Below, piece by piece: positions 48,125 to 58,192 of a stretch of 64,000 bases of DNA. The notes under the pieces are model-generated. The model did not search any database. It worked only from the letters and a program-made list of their open reading frames with translations, and was not told the DNA's origin. The translations under genes were made by a program, and so were the position numbers. Every line of letters begins with the position of its first letter. The first letter of the stretch is position 1. The DNA comes from Nitrospirota bacterium (lineage in GTDB: Bacteria > Nitrospirota > UBA9217): positions 352,001 through 416,000 of the forward strand of contig CAVUCU010000001.1 in NCBI GenBank assembly GCA_963740085.1, read 5' to 3'.

Positions 48125-48661
48125 CTACTTCATAAAGAGAAAAAAACCGTTTAAGAAATACAGCAGGCCGAAGACACCGGCCCCCATGCCGATGAACCAG
48201 AAAAACTTCTTTTTCATTAGCGCTGCGATGGACGAGAGAAGGATAGCGATCTGCAGGAACATTGCGGCCAGGCCGAATGCACCTGAGTGTATCTGGGCAT
48301 CGTCGCGCCGCTTTTCCAGTCCCTCTGCCTTGGTCTTTATCTCTTCCTTTTCCTTTTCGTACCGGTCTATCTTCTCCTTGTATGCTGATATCCGCTTTTC
48401 GTAATCAGCTGCCAGCGCGCGGGACATTCCTTTGTTCATCTTGAGGTCCATCTCGAACTTCTCCCGCTGCAGATCATAGACATATTCCTTAATGCTCTTG
48501 GACTGGTAATAGGCCCATTGGTCCGAGGCCTGGGCCTGGTACATTACCGAACGGGTCGAGAACCCGCCGCCTTTGAGCGTCGAGAGCGTTGCGCACACGG
48601 CAAAGATCACCGTGGTGAGCGCGAGATAACTGAGCCATGTTTCTTTCTTGTCTTCAGCCAT
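48125..48661 (-). CDS. DUF4337 family membrane protein
   Basis: ASDQWAYYQSKSIK, coiled coil and LQIAILLSSI. Confidence 0.85.
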   Translation of the reverse strand: MAEDKKETWLSYLALTTVIFAVCATLSTLKGGGFSTRSVMYQAQASDQWAYYQSKSIKEYVYDLQREKFEMDLKMNKGMSRALAADYEKRISAYKEKIDRYEKEKEEIKTKAEGLEKRRDDAQIHSGAFGLAAMFLQIAILLSSIAALMKKKFFWFIGMGAGVFGLLYFLNGFFLFMK

Positions 48662-48809
48662 AAAAGACCTCCGGTAACTGAAATGATGATTGAGAGGTCA
48701 CATACTACCCAAAATCGACGGAGGAGTCAACAAAACCCTGCCATAAAGCAGACCGGTTCGTTGAAATCTCCGGGAGAACATGATACATTCAAATCAGGGG
48801 AACAGGGAC

Positions 48810-49898
48810 ATGATCATCGGCGTACCCAGGGAGATCAAGATCGAGGAATTCCGCGTAGGACTGACGCCGGTCGGCGTGCGGGAGTTGGTGCGGGGTGGTC
48901 ACACGGTCCTGGTGGAAACGGATGCCGGAGAGGGGAGCGGATTCCTCAATGATTCTTACCGTAAGGCGGGCGCGGAAACAGGACCGAGGGAAACGGTCTA
49001 TAATAGGGCCGAACTGATCGTGAAAGTCAAGGAGCCTGTTTCGTCTGAATATCCCCTGCTGCGCGAAGGCGTCGCCCTCTTCACCTATCTCCACCTCGCG
49101 CCCAACCCGGAACTGACAGGACTGCTGCTCGCTAAATTGGCGACAGGCCTCGCGTATGAGACGCTTGAACGCGGCGGCAAACTCCCGCTCCTTGCCCCCA
49201 TGAGCGAGATCGCCGGCAGAATGGCGCCGCTCATGGCCGCGTTCTATCTCCAGAAGTTCAAAGGCGGCTCCGGCGTCCTTCCCACGGGCGTCTCAGGCGT
49301 ACGACCGGGAAAGATCGTGGTCCTCGGCGCAGGCGTGGTCGGCACAAACGCTGCCCGTGTCGGTATGGGGTTGGGCATGGAAACCGTCGTGATCAACCGG
49401 GATACGACCGGCCTGCAGCGGATAGATGAGCTGTTCAAGGGTCGCGTAAGGACGCTGCCAATGACCGCCCACGCGCTGGAGGAGGAGATCGTGGACGCCG
49501 ATATCATCGTCGGCGCGGTGCTCGTTCCCGGCGGCAGGACGCCGGTCCTGATCACGAGGGAAATGCTCGGCACTATGAAGAAGGGCTCGGTGATCGTGGA
49601 TGTATCCGTGGACCAGGGCGGGTGCGTCGAGACCTCTCGGCCCACAACCCATGATGATCCCGTGTTCGTCGTGGACGGCATCGTGCATTACTGCGTGGCC
49701 AACATGCCGGGCGCCTATCCCCGCACCTCTACCCTGGCGCTCACGAACGCGACGCTCCCGTATATAAAATTACTGGCGAACATGGGGATCGAAAAAGCAA
49801 TAGCTCAATCCGCCGAGATCAGAAGTGCGTTGAACACCTATCAGGGTAAGATCATGAACACGGCACTCGCGGAGTCAATAGGGGCAAGAGGAACGTGA
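48810..49898 (+). CDS. ald: Alanine dehydrogenase
   Basis: IGVPREIK, KVKEP, FTYLHLA, PMSEIAGR, DQGGC and YCVANMPGA. Confidence 0.96.
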   Translation: MIIGVPREIKIEEFRVGLTPVGVRELVRGGHTVLVETDAGEGSGFLNDSYRKAGAETGPRETVYNRAELIVKVKEPVSSEYPLLREGVALFTYLHLAPNPELTGLLLAKLATGLAYETLERGGKLPLLAPMSEIAGRMAPLMAAFYLQKFKGGSGVLPTGVSGVRPGKIVVLGAGVVGTNAARVGMGLGMETVVINRDTTGLQRIDELFKGRVRTLPMTAHALEEEIVDADIIVGAVLVPGGRTPVLITREMLGTMKKGSVIVDVSVDQGGCVETSRPTTHDDPVFVVDGIVHYCVANMPGAYPRTSTLALTNATLPYIKLLANMGIEKAIAQSAEIRSALNTYQGKIMNTALAESIGARGT

Positions 49899-50380
49899 AA
49901 ACTTCCACATTTAAATCCAATAACGAAATGTAGATATCACCAATAATCATGCAGTGGTGTTGACGAAAATTCAATGCAGAATACTGCGTGAAAAAGTGCA
50001 TATGAACGCGTGGATCGCGCGCCGCCTTTTCGGCGCATCGGTAAGGTTATTTTTTGATTGCTTCAGAAACCTTCCCGATCACTTCAACCAACGGCACCTA
50101 CAAACATGCAATCGAGGTCAGATGAACTTTCTGTAAGATTAGGGTTAAAAGCGGCAGCTAAGCGGTCAGTGCGTAGCACCATCCGTCTCGTGATCATATA
50201 GATATTTTTGCCGCAGATTTTCTCATTACCAATTTGAGCCTGTTCTTGGCCACAGAGTCCCTCGATGTATGTAGTCCAAAATGGACAAGCCGAGCAAAAC
50301 GAATTACTCAATATAAGCGACGATCCGTGTTATTCTCCCGTAACTATCCGGTTTATTTAAACAACTTTTTCTCTACAAAA

Positions 50381-50396
50381 TGGCATCGCATTTGCA
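50381..50396 (+). promoter_or_regulatory. Sigma54 (-24/-12) promoter upstream of the glmS paralog
   Basis: TGGCAT-CGCAT-TTGCA matches TGGCAC-N5-TTGCA; preceded by an AT-rich stretch. Confidence 0.7.
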
Positions 50397-50572
50397 ACTT
50401 TGGTAGTATGGAAATCACCGGCGCATATTGTCATTCACCACAAGGATTTCCACTTGACTCACATAGATACCCAATGTATTGTGCCAGTTGAGTGAAGGAG
50501 ATCGCCTATTCAACCGGGATATCAATGCTGTTGTAGACATTATGAGAATTGGCAATTCGAAGGTGAGGGATC

Positions 50573-52642
50573 ATGAGTGGAATCGTCGGATATGTTGGGA
50601 AAAAGAATTCTTTGCAGCTTCTCTTTGATGGCCTTACCCGTTTGGAGTACCGTGGTTATGATTCGTCAGGTATTGCATTTAAGAACGGATCGGGAATCGA
50701 GGTTTACAAAACTCCGGGCAAGCTGAAGGACCTCCAGAAGATACTGCCGAACCCATTACCGGCTATTACGATAGGTATCGGCCACACGCGATGGGCCACC
50801 CATGGGGCGCCATCTGTAGCCAATGCCCATCCGCACACCGTAAAAGGCGTCTCTGTGGTACACAACGGCATCATTGAAAATTACCGCGAGCTAAGGAGCG
50901 AACTGGCGTCTGCAGGACATGTTTTCACATCCCAGACGGACACGGAGGTTGTACCTCAGCTCATTACTCGCTATCTCGACCGCGGTCTTCCGACCGAGGA
51001 GGCGATCCGGCGAGCGATCGCTCACCTTCGCGGGGCTTATGCTCTGGGGATCATACACGAGGGCACGCCGGATACGCTGTTCGCGGTCCGGAACAACAGC
51101 CCGCTCGTCATTGGAATAGGCACGGATGCACAGTACCTCGCGTCCGATGTTGCCGCGCTCCTCCCCTATACGAAGAACTTCATTCATCTTGAAGACCGGC
51201 AAATGGCCGTACTTACGAGCAGTGGCGTCGATCTAAAGCATGCCGAATCTCTGGAGACTCTGCAGCTTGAAGGGAAAATCGTAACAGTCGACTGGACGCC
51301 TGCAATGGCCGAGAAGCAGGGATACGATCACTTCATGCTCAAAGAGATATACGAGCAACCCCAGGGTGTCATGGATACCCTGCGGGAGTGGACCGACGAC
51401 ACGAACAGTCTCATGGAAGAGATGGGCTTCGCGGGTGCCATCAAGGATCTCAGGCGGATCCATATCGCAGCCTGCGGTACGTCGTACCATGCAGGTCTCG
51501 TAGGCCGATACATGATCGAGAAGTTCGTGCACATCCCCGTGGCCGTGGACATTGCCTCGGAGTTCCGGGACATGTGCCCGATCATCCCGAAAGGAACTGC
51601 ACTCATCACCATTACGCAGTCCGGAGAAACGGCCGATACCGTCGCAGCACAGCGCGAAGCGAAGAAAAAAGGAGCGAGGACCTTGACGATCTGCAATGTC
51701 GTCGGCAGCACGACCACGCGCGAGGCTGATTCGGTCCTTTACACGCGCGCGGGGCAGGAGATCGGAGTGGTATCCACCAAGGCCTTCACCGCCCAGCTCG
51801 CCGCCCTGAGCCTCCTGGGTATTGCCCTGGGGACCAGGAAAGGCAAGCTTAGCGCCCTCGAGATCCAGACGCTCAGACCATTCCTGCTCGATCTGCCGAG
51901 GCTCATTCGACAGGCGCTCCAAACCGATGAAAAGGTTAGGGAGATCGCACAGACCCTGGCGAACGCGAAAAGCATGCTGTACGTCGGCCGGGGGATCAAC
52001 TATCCCGTTGCGCTCGAAGGCGCTCTCAAGATGAAGGAACTCGCCTACATTCACGCGGATGGATATCCGGTGGGAGAAATGAAGCATGGCCCCATCGCGC
52101 TGATCGAGGACGGGGTTCCCGTTGTATTCCTGGCAACGATCGACGGCCTGCATGAAAAGATCCTGTCGAACATCGCGGAGGTGAAAGCGATGGGAGGAAG
52201 GATCATTGTGGTCACGGATTCACCCGCCGCCTTCCGCGACACGGTGGATGACATGATCGTAGTGCCGTCGACACATCCTGCGCTCGTTCCTTTTGTCACC
52301 GTTGTACCGCTGCAGCTCCTTGCATATCATGTCGCAGTGATCAAAGGCTGTAATGTAGACCGGCCGAGGAATTTGTCCAAAAGCATAACCGTCGATGACA
52401 AGTGCCAGAATATCGGTTGCAGCTATTCCCGATATTGCCGCAAAAGCATATCCTGCGTGGCTATCACGCCGGATCAGAAAAAGAGCATCGCTAACAGCGT
52501 GGCCCGGATGACAAATGTCAGTAACTGGGCGCAATTGTCCCTTTCCAGCCTGCTTGAATCCAGCGGGCAGCAACTGCAGAAAGAAGTACACAGGGAACAG
52601 GCCTCGAAGGGGTTAGGTACCTGCTTCGAGTCTCCATACTAG
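50573..52642 (+). CDS. glmS: Glutamine--fructose-6-phosphate aminotransferase paralog (Cys1->Ser; C-terminal read-through)
   Basis: MSGIVG (not MCG), EYRGYDS, GHTRWATHG, QSGETADT, EMKHGP and RPRNLSKSITV, followed by about 80 extra residues. Confidence 0.88.
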   Translation: MSGIVGYVGKKNSLQLLFDGLTRLEYRGYDSSGIAFKNGSGIEVYKTPGKLKDLQKILPNPLPAITIGIGHTRWATHGAPSVANAHPHTVKGVSVVHNGIIENYRELRSELASAGHVFTSQTDTEVVPQLITRYLDRGLPTEEAIRRAIAHLRGAYALGIIHEGTPDTLFAVRNNSPLVIGIGTDAQYLASDVAALLPYTKNFIHLEDRQMAVLTSSGVDLKHAESLETLQLEGKIVTVDWTPAMAEKQGYDHFMLKEIYEQPQGVMDTLREWTDDTNSLMEEMGFAGAIKDLRRIHIAACGTSYHAGLVGRYMIEKFVHIPVAVDIASEFRDMCPIIPKGTALITITQSGETADTVAAQREAKKKGARTLTICNVVGSTTTREADSVLYTRAGQEIGVVSTKAFTAQLAALSLLGIALGTRKGKLSALEIQTLRPFLLDLPRLIRQALQTDEKVREIAQTLANAKSMLYVGRGINYPVALEGALKMKELAYIHADGYPVGEMKHGPIALIEDGVPVVFLATIDGLHEKILSNIAEVKAMGGRIIVVTDSPAAFRDTVDDMIVVPSTHPALVPFVTVVPLQLLAYHVAVIKGCNVDRPRNLSKSITVDDKCQNIGCSYSRYCRKSISCVAITPDQKKSIANSVARMTNVSNWAQLSLSSLLESSGQQLQKEVHREQASKGLGTCFESPY

Positions 52643-52699
52643 TGACAAGCGCTGCTTGACTCTCGGCGCAGTAATGGCTCTAGCCGACAAGGAGGGGCT

Positions 52700-52885
52700 C
52701 TGAAGACCATATTATCTGCCATACGGGCAGCATTTGCGATCGTTCTGATGCTGGTGGGTTTTGCAGCCGGCTTTCTTTTCGGTCGGGCGGACCATCGGAT
52801 TTCCTTTTTTTGGCATGATTTCTCCTTGTTGACTCCAGCCAATCGTGACTTAAATCACATCAAAAATTCATGCACTTCCCTATAA
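52700..52885 (+). pseudogene. Possible decayed small membrane-protein gene
   Basis: AAGGAGG SD followed by CTG and KTILSAIRAAFAIVLMLVGFAAGFLFGR; no canonical start at that position. Confidence 0.3.
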
Positions 52886-52903
52886 TGAAGTTACTCATGA
52901 GGG

Positions 52904-53311
52904 TTGCTTATGGCGTTATTCATTGGTCTTAAAAAATATTCAGTAGCGTTATTTTTCATCATGATCTGCGCATATGCTTCTCTCGCTGCAGCGAATGACC
53001 CGGGCGTGTCTAATACGGTAGCCCAGACAATTCATCCAGCGGATGACTCTCCCCAAAAAATCTCCCTAGGGATTAACAGCGACTGTTTCACTGGCTATTT
53101 CACTAAATTCAGAAGTGTGAGCGCCGCTCTCGAACGCAAGGATATGCCTATCGTCTCGGTGAGTGAATCCTTTGAAGATACCGTTGCCATTACACTCCAC
53201 AAAGACGGCGATAAGGGCATATGGAGTCTTGCTCCGTCGCTCGGCAAATATAGTTTTAACTTATTGGATGATATCAAGAATTTTCAGGTGGTGCTGAAGT
53301 ACAGGTTCTAG
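52904..53311 (+). CDS. Hypothetical secreted protein
   Basis: Signal-peptide-like N-terminus (ASLAAA) and C-terminal LKYRF. Confidence 0.5.
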   Translation: MLMALFIGLKKYSVALFFIMICAYASLAAANDPGVSNTVAQTIHPADDSPQKISLGINSDCFTGYFTKFRSVSAALERKDMPIVSVSESFEDTVAITLHKDGDKGIWSLAPSLGKYSFNLLDDIKNFQVVLKYRF

Positions 53312-53472
53312 TCAGGAATCATTTTCATCATTGTTTCTTTTTCTGATCACGCAGGATTACAGCATTTTTCCGGGATCCCCCCTGGCAATTCCTAATTGAA
53401 ACGCGCACATAAATTTCTTACGAAAACAGTGCAATCTTCAGAAGAACATCGCACTTCTTCCGTCATTAATAA

Positions 53473-53709
53473 TCAGGGTTCATGAATTTTGTGACAGGCA
53501 AGACATTGTTCCTTCGGAGGATGAGTAGTTTTCAACGGTGCCTGCTTGCCCGGCGCATGACAGGTTACACAGCTTTCCAGCAGCGTTATAGTACGCTGGT
53601 GAATAGTATCGTCGGGGATATACGGGGCCTTTTTACCCCGCGATGAAATAAAGAAAAGAACGGCGACGATGACACCGGCTACCAATATTAACGACCATGT
53701 ACTTTTCAT
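53473..53709 (-). CDS. Small membrane-anchored diheme cytochrome c
   Basis: N-terminal TM; APYIP..H, CVTCH, TH and CLACH. Confidence 0.8.
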   Translation of the reverse strand: MKSTWSLILVAGVIVAVLFFISSRGKKAPYIPDDTIHQRTITLLESCVTCHAPGKQAPLKTTHPPKEQCLACHKIHEP

Positions 53710-53745
53710 GTTACCCCTCTTTTGACCCTTCTCTTTCCTGCTTTG

Positions 53746-54063
53746 CTACATCGTGTTAAGAAGCTTGTAATACTCCTTTATCGTTCGAATGGATGCCAGC
53801 GTTGATTGGAACAATATCCAGCTGAGCGCAAGGATCACGATCGTGAGCCCGATCTTCCATCCGCGCGCCGTATTGGGACGCCACCAGATCAGCGGCAATG
53901 CCAGGGGACCCACGGTGCAAACCGCTATGATAATGAATGATTTTCGGAAATACCATTTGATCGTCGTAGATAGGCGGGAGGACGCATTGAGGAATTCGCC
54001 GCAGTGCCTGCACTTGATCGCCGCGTCTTGGATCTCTTCAGCACAAAAAGGGCACTTCTTCAT
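53746..54063 (-). CDS. Zinc-ribbon membrane protein
   Basis: KCPFCAEEIQDAAIKCRHCGEFL followed by two TMs. Confidence 0.8.
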   Translation of the reverse strand: MKKCPFCAEEIQDAAIKCRHCGEFLNASSRLSTTIKWYFRKSFIIIAVCTVGPLALPLIWWRPNTARGWKIGLTIVILALSWILFQSTLASIRTIKEYYKLLNTM

Positions 54064-54157
54064 AACTCATTTCCCTGGTCGAACTCGGCGGACGAACAGC
54101 GTATCCTTCCACAAACACGATATCAGATATATCTGATAAAAACAAGTAGCTTGCAAT

Positions 54158-54185
54158 AAAAAAGCCCCTCGATCGAGGGGCTTTT
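54158..54185. terminator. Intrinsic terminator after the multiheme cytochrome
   Basis: AAAAAAGCCCCTC-gatc-GAGGGGCTTTT. Confidence 0.8.
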
Positions 54186-54210
54186 GATGCGGACCTTGCC
54201 TTGGACCTCT

Positions 54211-56625
54211 TTATTCCCAACCCTCTGCAACAACCTTCTTCGCCCTCTTATGCGGGAATTTTTCCATCAGCTTGCCGATCGGCAATTTTTCGTCTCCCGC
54301 TCTCATGAAATGGAGCAGTGTCACTGATGCCCAGTAATCATGGTAATACTCCGTTCCCTCAAGCTGGACAGGCACACCCTTGTCATTCACGCGATGACAG
54401 GCGGAGCAGGTGACCGGTCCCGCGTATTTCCCGTCGGGGCTGAACTGGAGCGCCTGCTGATGCGACGTGACGTCGACGCTCCCGTCCGGCCCTTCATCAC
54501 GAACAGGGTACAGCCCGTGGATCGATTCGTGGCAGGACTGGCAGGCGATGGAACCGTGAGCCTTCGAGTATCGATAGAGAGAATATTTGTTCGGCTGGTC
54601 GATCGGGAAGTAGGTCCCGCCCTCGCTTTCGACAAACGGCGCAAGGTGGCAGTCGGCGCAGTGCGGCTCACCCGCAGCAAGCCACCAGTCCTTGCCCGCC
54701 GAAGCACCGTCATAGGGCACGGGATCGCCTTCCTTCGCGTTCCAGGCGAGGAGCTTGAGCTTCCCCGCGCTGTCCTTGGATGCCTTTACAAGCGTCGCTC
54801 CCGTATGTTTCCCGTAGTATGATAACAGCGGATTTCCCTCGGCCCCGACAACGGGATCGGCGAAATAGGTCCTGAATTTTTTCTTATCGCCGTTAGCCAC
54901 GGCCTTCATGATCTTCGCGAGCGGTTTATCCCGCAAGGTCTTGCCCTCCTGGGTTGCGGCATTCGTGAGATCATCGTAGTTGTACAGCTCGTGAGCAAGC
55001 TGGTTATGGCAGTTGGAGCAGTACAGGCCCCTCATTTCCTTGATCGGCTTTCCCCTCTCGTCCTTCATGCTCACTTCCTTGAGATACCACGTCCCGATCT
55101 TGTTCAGGAAGAAGGGAGGCTTGACCGCGGGGTTCGTGTGCGCGTCCCTCCTCAGGTAGCATCCTCCTCCGGCAACGCGCAGATCGGAGTTCGTGAAACG
55201 CGGATTTCCTTCCTTGTCCAGGATCCAGTAGGGATTCGTTTCATCGTTCATCTTTTCCTGCTGCCAGTGAGTGGGATGACAGGCCTGGCAGCTCTGGGTC
55301 CTTCCCGCCTTGTCCGGCATGGGGACGAACGACGCATGGGCCGCGTGGATCGCCTCGGTGAGGGGCTTGGCCTTTACCGCTTTGTATCCGGTAGCCGTCG
55401 GCCGCGGCGACTGGAGGTTGCCGCTGACATTGTCGCCGTGGCAGTCGGCGCAATTCACCGGCCCCACTGAGCCGAGCCGGTTGAAGGCCACACCTGGATT
55501 ATAATCCTTGAGGAAGGCCGTTCCATTGAACTTGTCGTGCAGTTCAAGGACGTTGATGGACGATTCTGACAGCCGGGCCATGAACTCCGACATGTCGGGA
55601 TAGTTCTTCTTCCAGTAGGCGTACTCCTTGTCGAACAGGGTCAGACCATCCTTCCGTGACATTCGGGCGGCCTTTCCCTCACGCGAGTGACAGTCGTAAC
55701 AGTTCGGAAGGTCCACGGGATTCGTGCCGAAAAATTCGACCGGCTTTCCATTCGCCATGACCGGCTTGCCGCTCTTATCGTCGAGCCTGACCAGGGAGTA
55801 TTGAAAGGGCTGAAAGTCTTTTTGCGAGATTGTGCGCATGGTCCCTTTTCTCCTGCTGTCGTTGAATGCCGTAAGGGGGAGACCCAGCGCATCCCAGAGA
55901 TAGGACGCCGTGAGCGTAAGCTGTATGTTCCTGACCTCGGGGATCAAGGAATCGGTAAAGACCTTGTTCCCGCCCGTGCTTCCTGCATAGGCCAGAGAGC
56001 CTCCGGCGAGACTCTTACCGGTAGGGCCCGCATCCATCGGTACCTGGATCTGTTTTCCCACGAAGAGCCGTTTCGCATCCGACCAGTCGGGAGGGATCGT
56101 CCCTTCGAGATCCTTGTATATGAAGAGGTGCGTCCACACATAGTTCGCCATGGAATCACCGGGACCGTTCATTCTGCCGTTCCCGTACACGTCCTTCGGC
56201 ACCTGCCAGAACTTCATCTTGTTGCCTTCGCTATAGCTGTTGTCCCTGACCGAGTACGTGAGCGATAAGCCGTCGTCCGGCGACAGGAGATGGGGAACTT
56301 CCCCTTTCATCGCGGTCCTGACGGCCTGGGCCTGGATGCTGTTGTAGGGCGGGATGACGCAGCAGTAGGAAATGTCGAAGCCCACGCAGTGCATGCCAAG
56401 TTCATAGTTGATGAATATGGCGTAGGGGTCCCGCGGGTCATAGAGCGTCACGGACTTTCCCGAGCTGTCCTTGACCGGGATCTGATTTAAGGCTGAAAGC
56501 TGGAACCGCGGCGTTCCGTCGCCGGCGCCGCCCTGTTGCGAGCCGGCAAAAGGAGGATAACCGATGATGAACGCGGCTGACAACAAAAACAGAAACACAG
56601 TACTGAAAATCTTTTTTCTTTTCAT
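54211..56625 (-). CDS. Secreted multiheme c-type cytochrome (7 CxxCH)
   Basis: Signal peptide; CYDCH, CADCH, CQACH, CSNCH, CADCH, CQSCH and CSACH; N-terminal LGMHC...CCVIPPYN. Confidence 0.88.
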   Translation of the reverse strand: MKRKKIFSTVFLFLLSAAFIIGYPPFAGSQQGGAGDGTPRFQLSALNQIPVKDSSGKSVTLYDPRDPYAIFINYELGMHCVGFDISYCCVIPPYNSIQAQAVRTAMKGEVPHLLSPDDGLSLTYSVRDNSYSEGNKMKFWQVPKDVYGNGRMNGPGDSMANYVWTHLFIYKDLEGTIPPDWSDAKRLFVGKQIQVPMDAGPTGKSLAGGSLAYAGSTGGNKVFTDSLIPEVRNIQLTLTASYLWDALGLPLTAFNDSRRKGTMRTISQKDFQPFQYSLVRLDDKSGKPVMANGKPVEFFGTNPVDLPNCYDCHSREGKAARMSRKDGLTLFDKEYAYWKKNYPDMSEFMARLSESSINVLELHDKFNGTAFLKDYNPGVAFNRLGSVGPVNCADCHGDNVSGNLQSPRPTATGYKAVKAKPLTEAIHAAHASFVPMPDKAGRTQSCQACHPTHWQQEKMNDETNPYWILDKEGNPRFTNSDLRVAGGGCYLRRDAHTNPAVKPPFFLNKIGTWYLKEVSMKDERGKPIKEMRGLYCSNCHNQLAHELYNYDDLTNAATQEGKTLRDKPLAKIMKAVANGDKKKFRTYFADPVVGAEGNPLLSYYGKHTGATLVKASKDSAGKLKLLAWNAKEGDPVPYDGASAGKDWWLAAGEPHCADCHLAPFVESEGGTYFPIDQPNKYSLYRYSKAHGSIACQSCHESIHGLYPVRDEGPDGSVDVTSHQQALQFSPDGKYAGPVTCSACHRVNDKGVPVQLEGTEYYHDYWASVTLLHFMRAGDEKLPIGKLMEKFPHKRAKKVVAEGWE

Positions 56626-56948
56626 GACAACACCCCCTCATCTTGGATGGTTTGCAAATGCATTGATTTCGGTTAGACAGAGATCCGCTTCTGAAAAGAA
56701 CTTATAAAAAATACCTGACAGAAACGCCGTATTTAACTATCCCAAATAATTATCGAGTCCTGATACTATAGTATCTAGTTGATGAATTTGCTCCTTACTG
56801 CAGAAGGTCTTATTTTTACTATAGCAGATATGATAGGGAGTGGTTTGGCCGGAATGTCAAAAATGCATGGTGTTTATATTTTTGATAAAAGTATGCACGA
56901 AGAACGAGAGCAACCTGCTTGAAGCCCGACAAGGCCGCGTTCAAATCC

Positions 56949-57401
56949 TTACTGATCACTGCTATGCTTCGGATATTGGGCGAATTCCAGAATAATTCCA
57001 TCAGGACCGTAAAAATATACCAGCTTCTTTCCGGTTTTTTCCCAGACCTGGATGCTGCTTTGGAATTCGACTCCTTCGGCCTCGAGACGCTTGACCTCCT
57101 CTTCAATATCGTCCACGGCAAAGGCCATATGACGAAACCCGAGCTGATTCGGTTTGCTCAACCCGGGGTCCCTTCCCCCGACCGGCGAGTAGTACTGTAT
57201 CAATTCTACCTTCGTCGCGGAACCGGGCAAAGACAAGCCGACGAATTCAGCATCGAAATCGGGAAGACCTGTGACGATGGTGAACCGCTCACCTGAAATA
57301 CGTGAGGATATCTCTTCTTTGAAACCGAGTTTCATGAAAAAATCTTTTGCCTTCTGAAGGTCGCTCACAACGACGTTGATATGGTCCAGTTTTTTTATCA
57401 T
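56949..57401 (-). CDS. VOC/glyoxalase family protein
   Basis: LDHINVVV, VELIQY, GFRHMAF and YFYGPDGIILEF. Confidence 0.85.
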   Translation of the reverse strand: MIKKLDHINVVVSDLQKAKDFFMKLGFKEEISSRISGERFTIVTGLPDFDAEFVGLSLPGSATKVELIQYYSPVGGRDPGLSKPNQLGFRHMAFAVDDIEEEVKRLEAEGVEFQSSIQVWEKTGKKLVYFYGPDGIILEFAQYPKHSSDQ

Positions 57402-57448
57402 GTTTAATTCCTTATTCCGGAATTTAGCGGGCCGGTCGATTGATCCCC

Positions 57449-58180
57449 TCAGGTATCGCGAAGCGGATCCCTGCTCTTCCCGTCGAGAAAGTCTTTGTAC
57501 AGCTTATAATGCGCGGTCTCTTCATAGTGCGTCTTGTTTATCCGAACATCGTCAAAACTGTAAATGACGGCTCCGGGACACGCCAAAAGAAGCGGAGAAT
57601 GGGTCGCCAGGATGAATTGAGCCTGACCGGTCCTGCTTAACGTGTCCAGCAGCTGAAGCAGCTCCAGCTGGCTGCGCGGCGAAAGCGCTGTTTCGGGTTC
57701 ATCGACCAGATAAAGGCCTTTCCGCTGATACCGGCTCTTGAAAAACGACATGACCGACTGGCCATGCGACTGTGTCATCAAAGACCTGCCTCCGAAGTAT
57801 TCAAGCTGCCCGGGATCATTTGCAGCCCACTCATCGAGCAGTTGGGCAAAATGATGAAAGATGTCGGAACCGAAAAACGAACCGGGGACCGGATCAGCCG
57901 TCCATTCGACCGACAAACAATGATGGAATTTGTCCTCATAGGGATTGTATTGATAGCGTTTCCTGTCCTGGTCACGCCAGATGTAAATACCGCACGCCTG
58001 CGATATCGCTTCCAGAAGGGTTGATTTCCCCGTACCGTTCTCGCCGACGAACAGGGTGACCGGCGTGCTGAATGAGATGGTTTGAGCAAGGCGAAAAATG
58101 GGGAGGTTAAAGGGGTATCGATCCCCGTCAGGATATTTTTCCGGATGAAGTGTTACGCTTTTTAGATGCAATGAGCACAT
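57449..58180 (-). CDS. ABC/AAA-type predicted ATPase (COG3910-like)
   Basis: GENGTGKS, QSHGQS, LVDEPETALSP and ATHSP. Confidence 0.85.
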   Translation of the reverse strand: MCSLHLKSVTLHPEKYPDGDRYPFNLPIFRLAQTISFSTPVTLFVGENGTGKSTLLEAISQACGIYIWRDQDRKRYQYNPYEDKFHHCLSVEWTADPVPGSFFGSDIFHHFAQLLDEWAANDPGQLEYFGGRSLMTQSHGQSVMSFFKSRYQRKGLYLVDEPETALSPRSQLELLQLLDTLSRTGQAQFILATHSPLLLACPGAVIYSFDDVRINKTHYEETAHYKLYKDFLDGKSRDPLRDT

Positions 58181-58192
58181 TCCTTTTTGACA

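Noticed and set aside
49900-50350. Possible integron attC-like remnants or small ORFs between ald and glmS
   Set aside because: No paired RYYYAAC/GTTRRRY ends could be defined and no integrase is present.
52395-52642. Cys-rich C-terminal extension of GlmS as a novel metal-binding domain
   Set aside because: More simply explained by a 1-nt deletion that removes the canonical stop after TVE.
54211-56625. Assignment of the multiheme protein to OmcZ, HAO or NrfA
   Set aside because: Heme number and spacing, and lack of CxxCK, do not fit as far as I can judge without a search.
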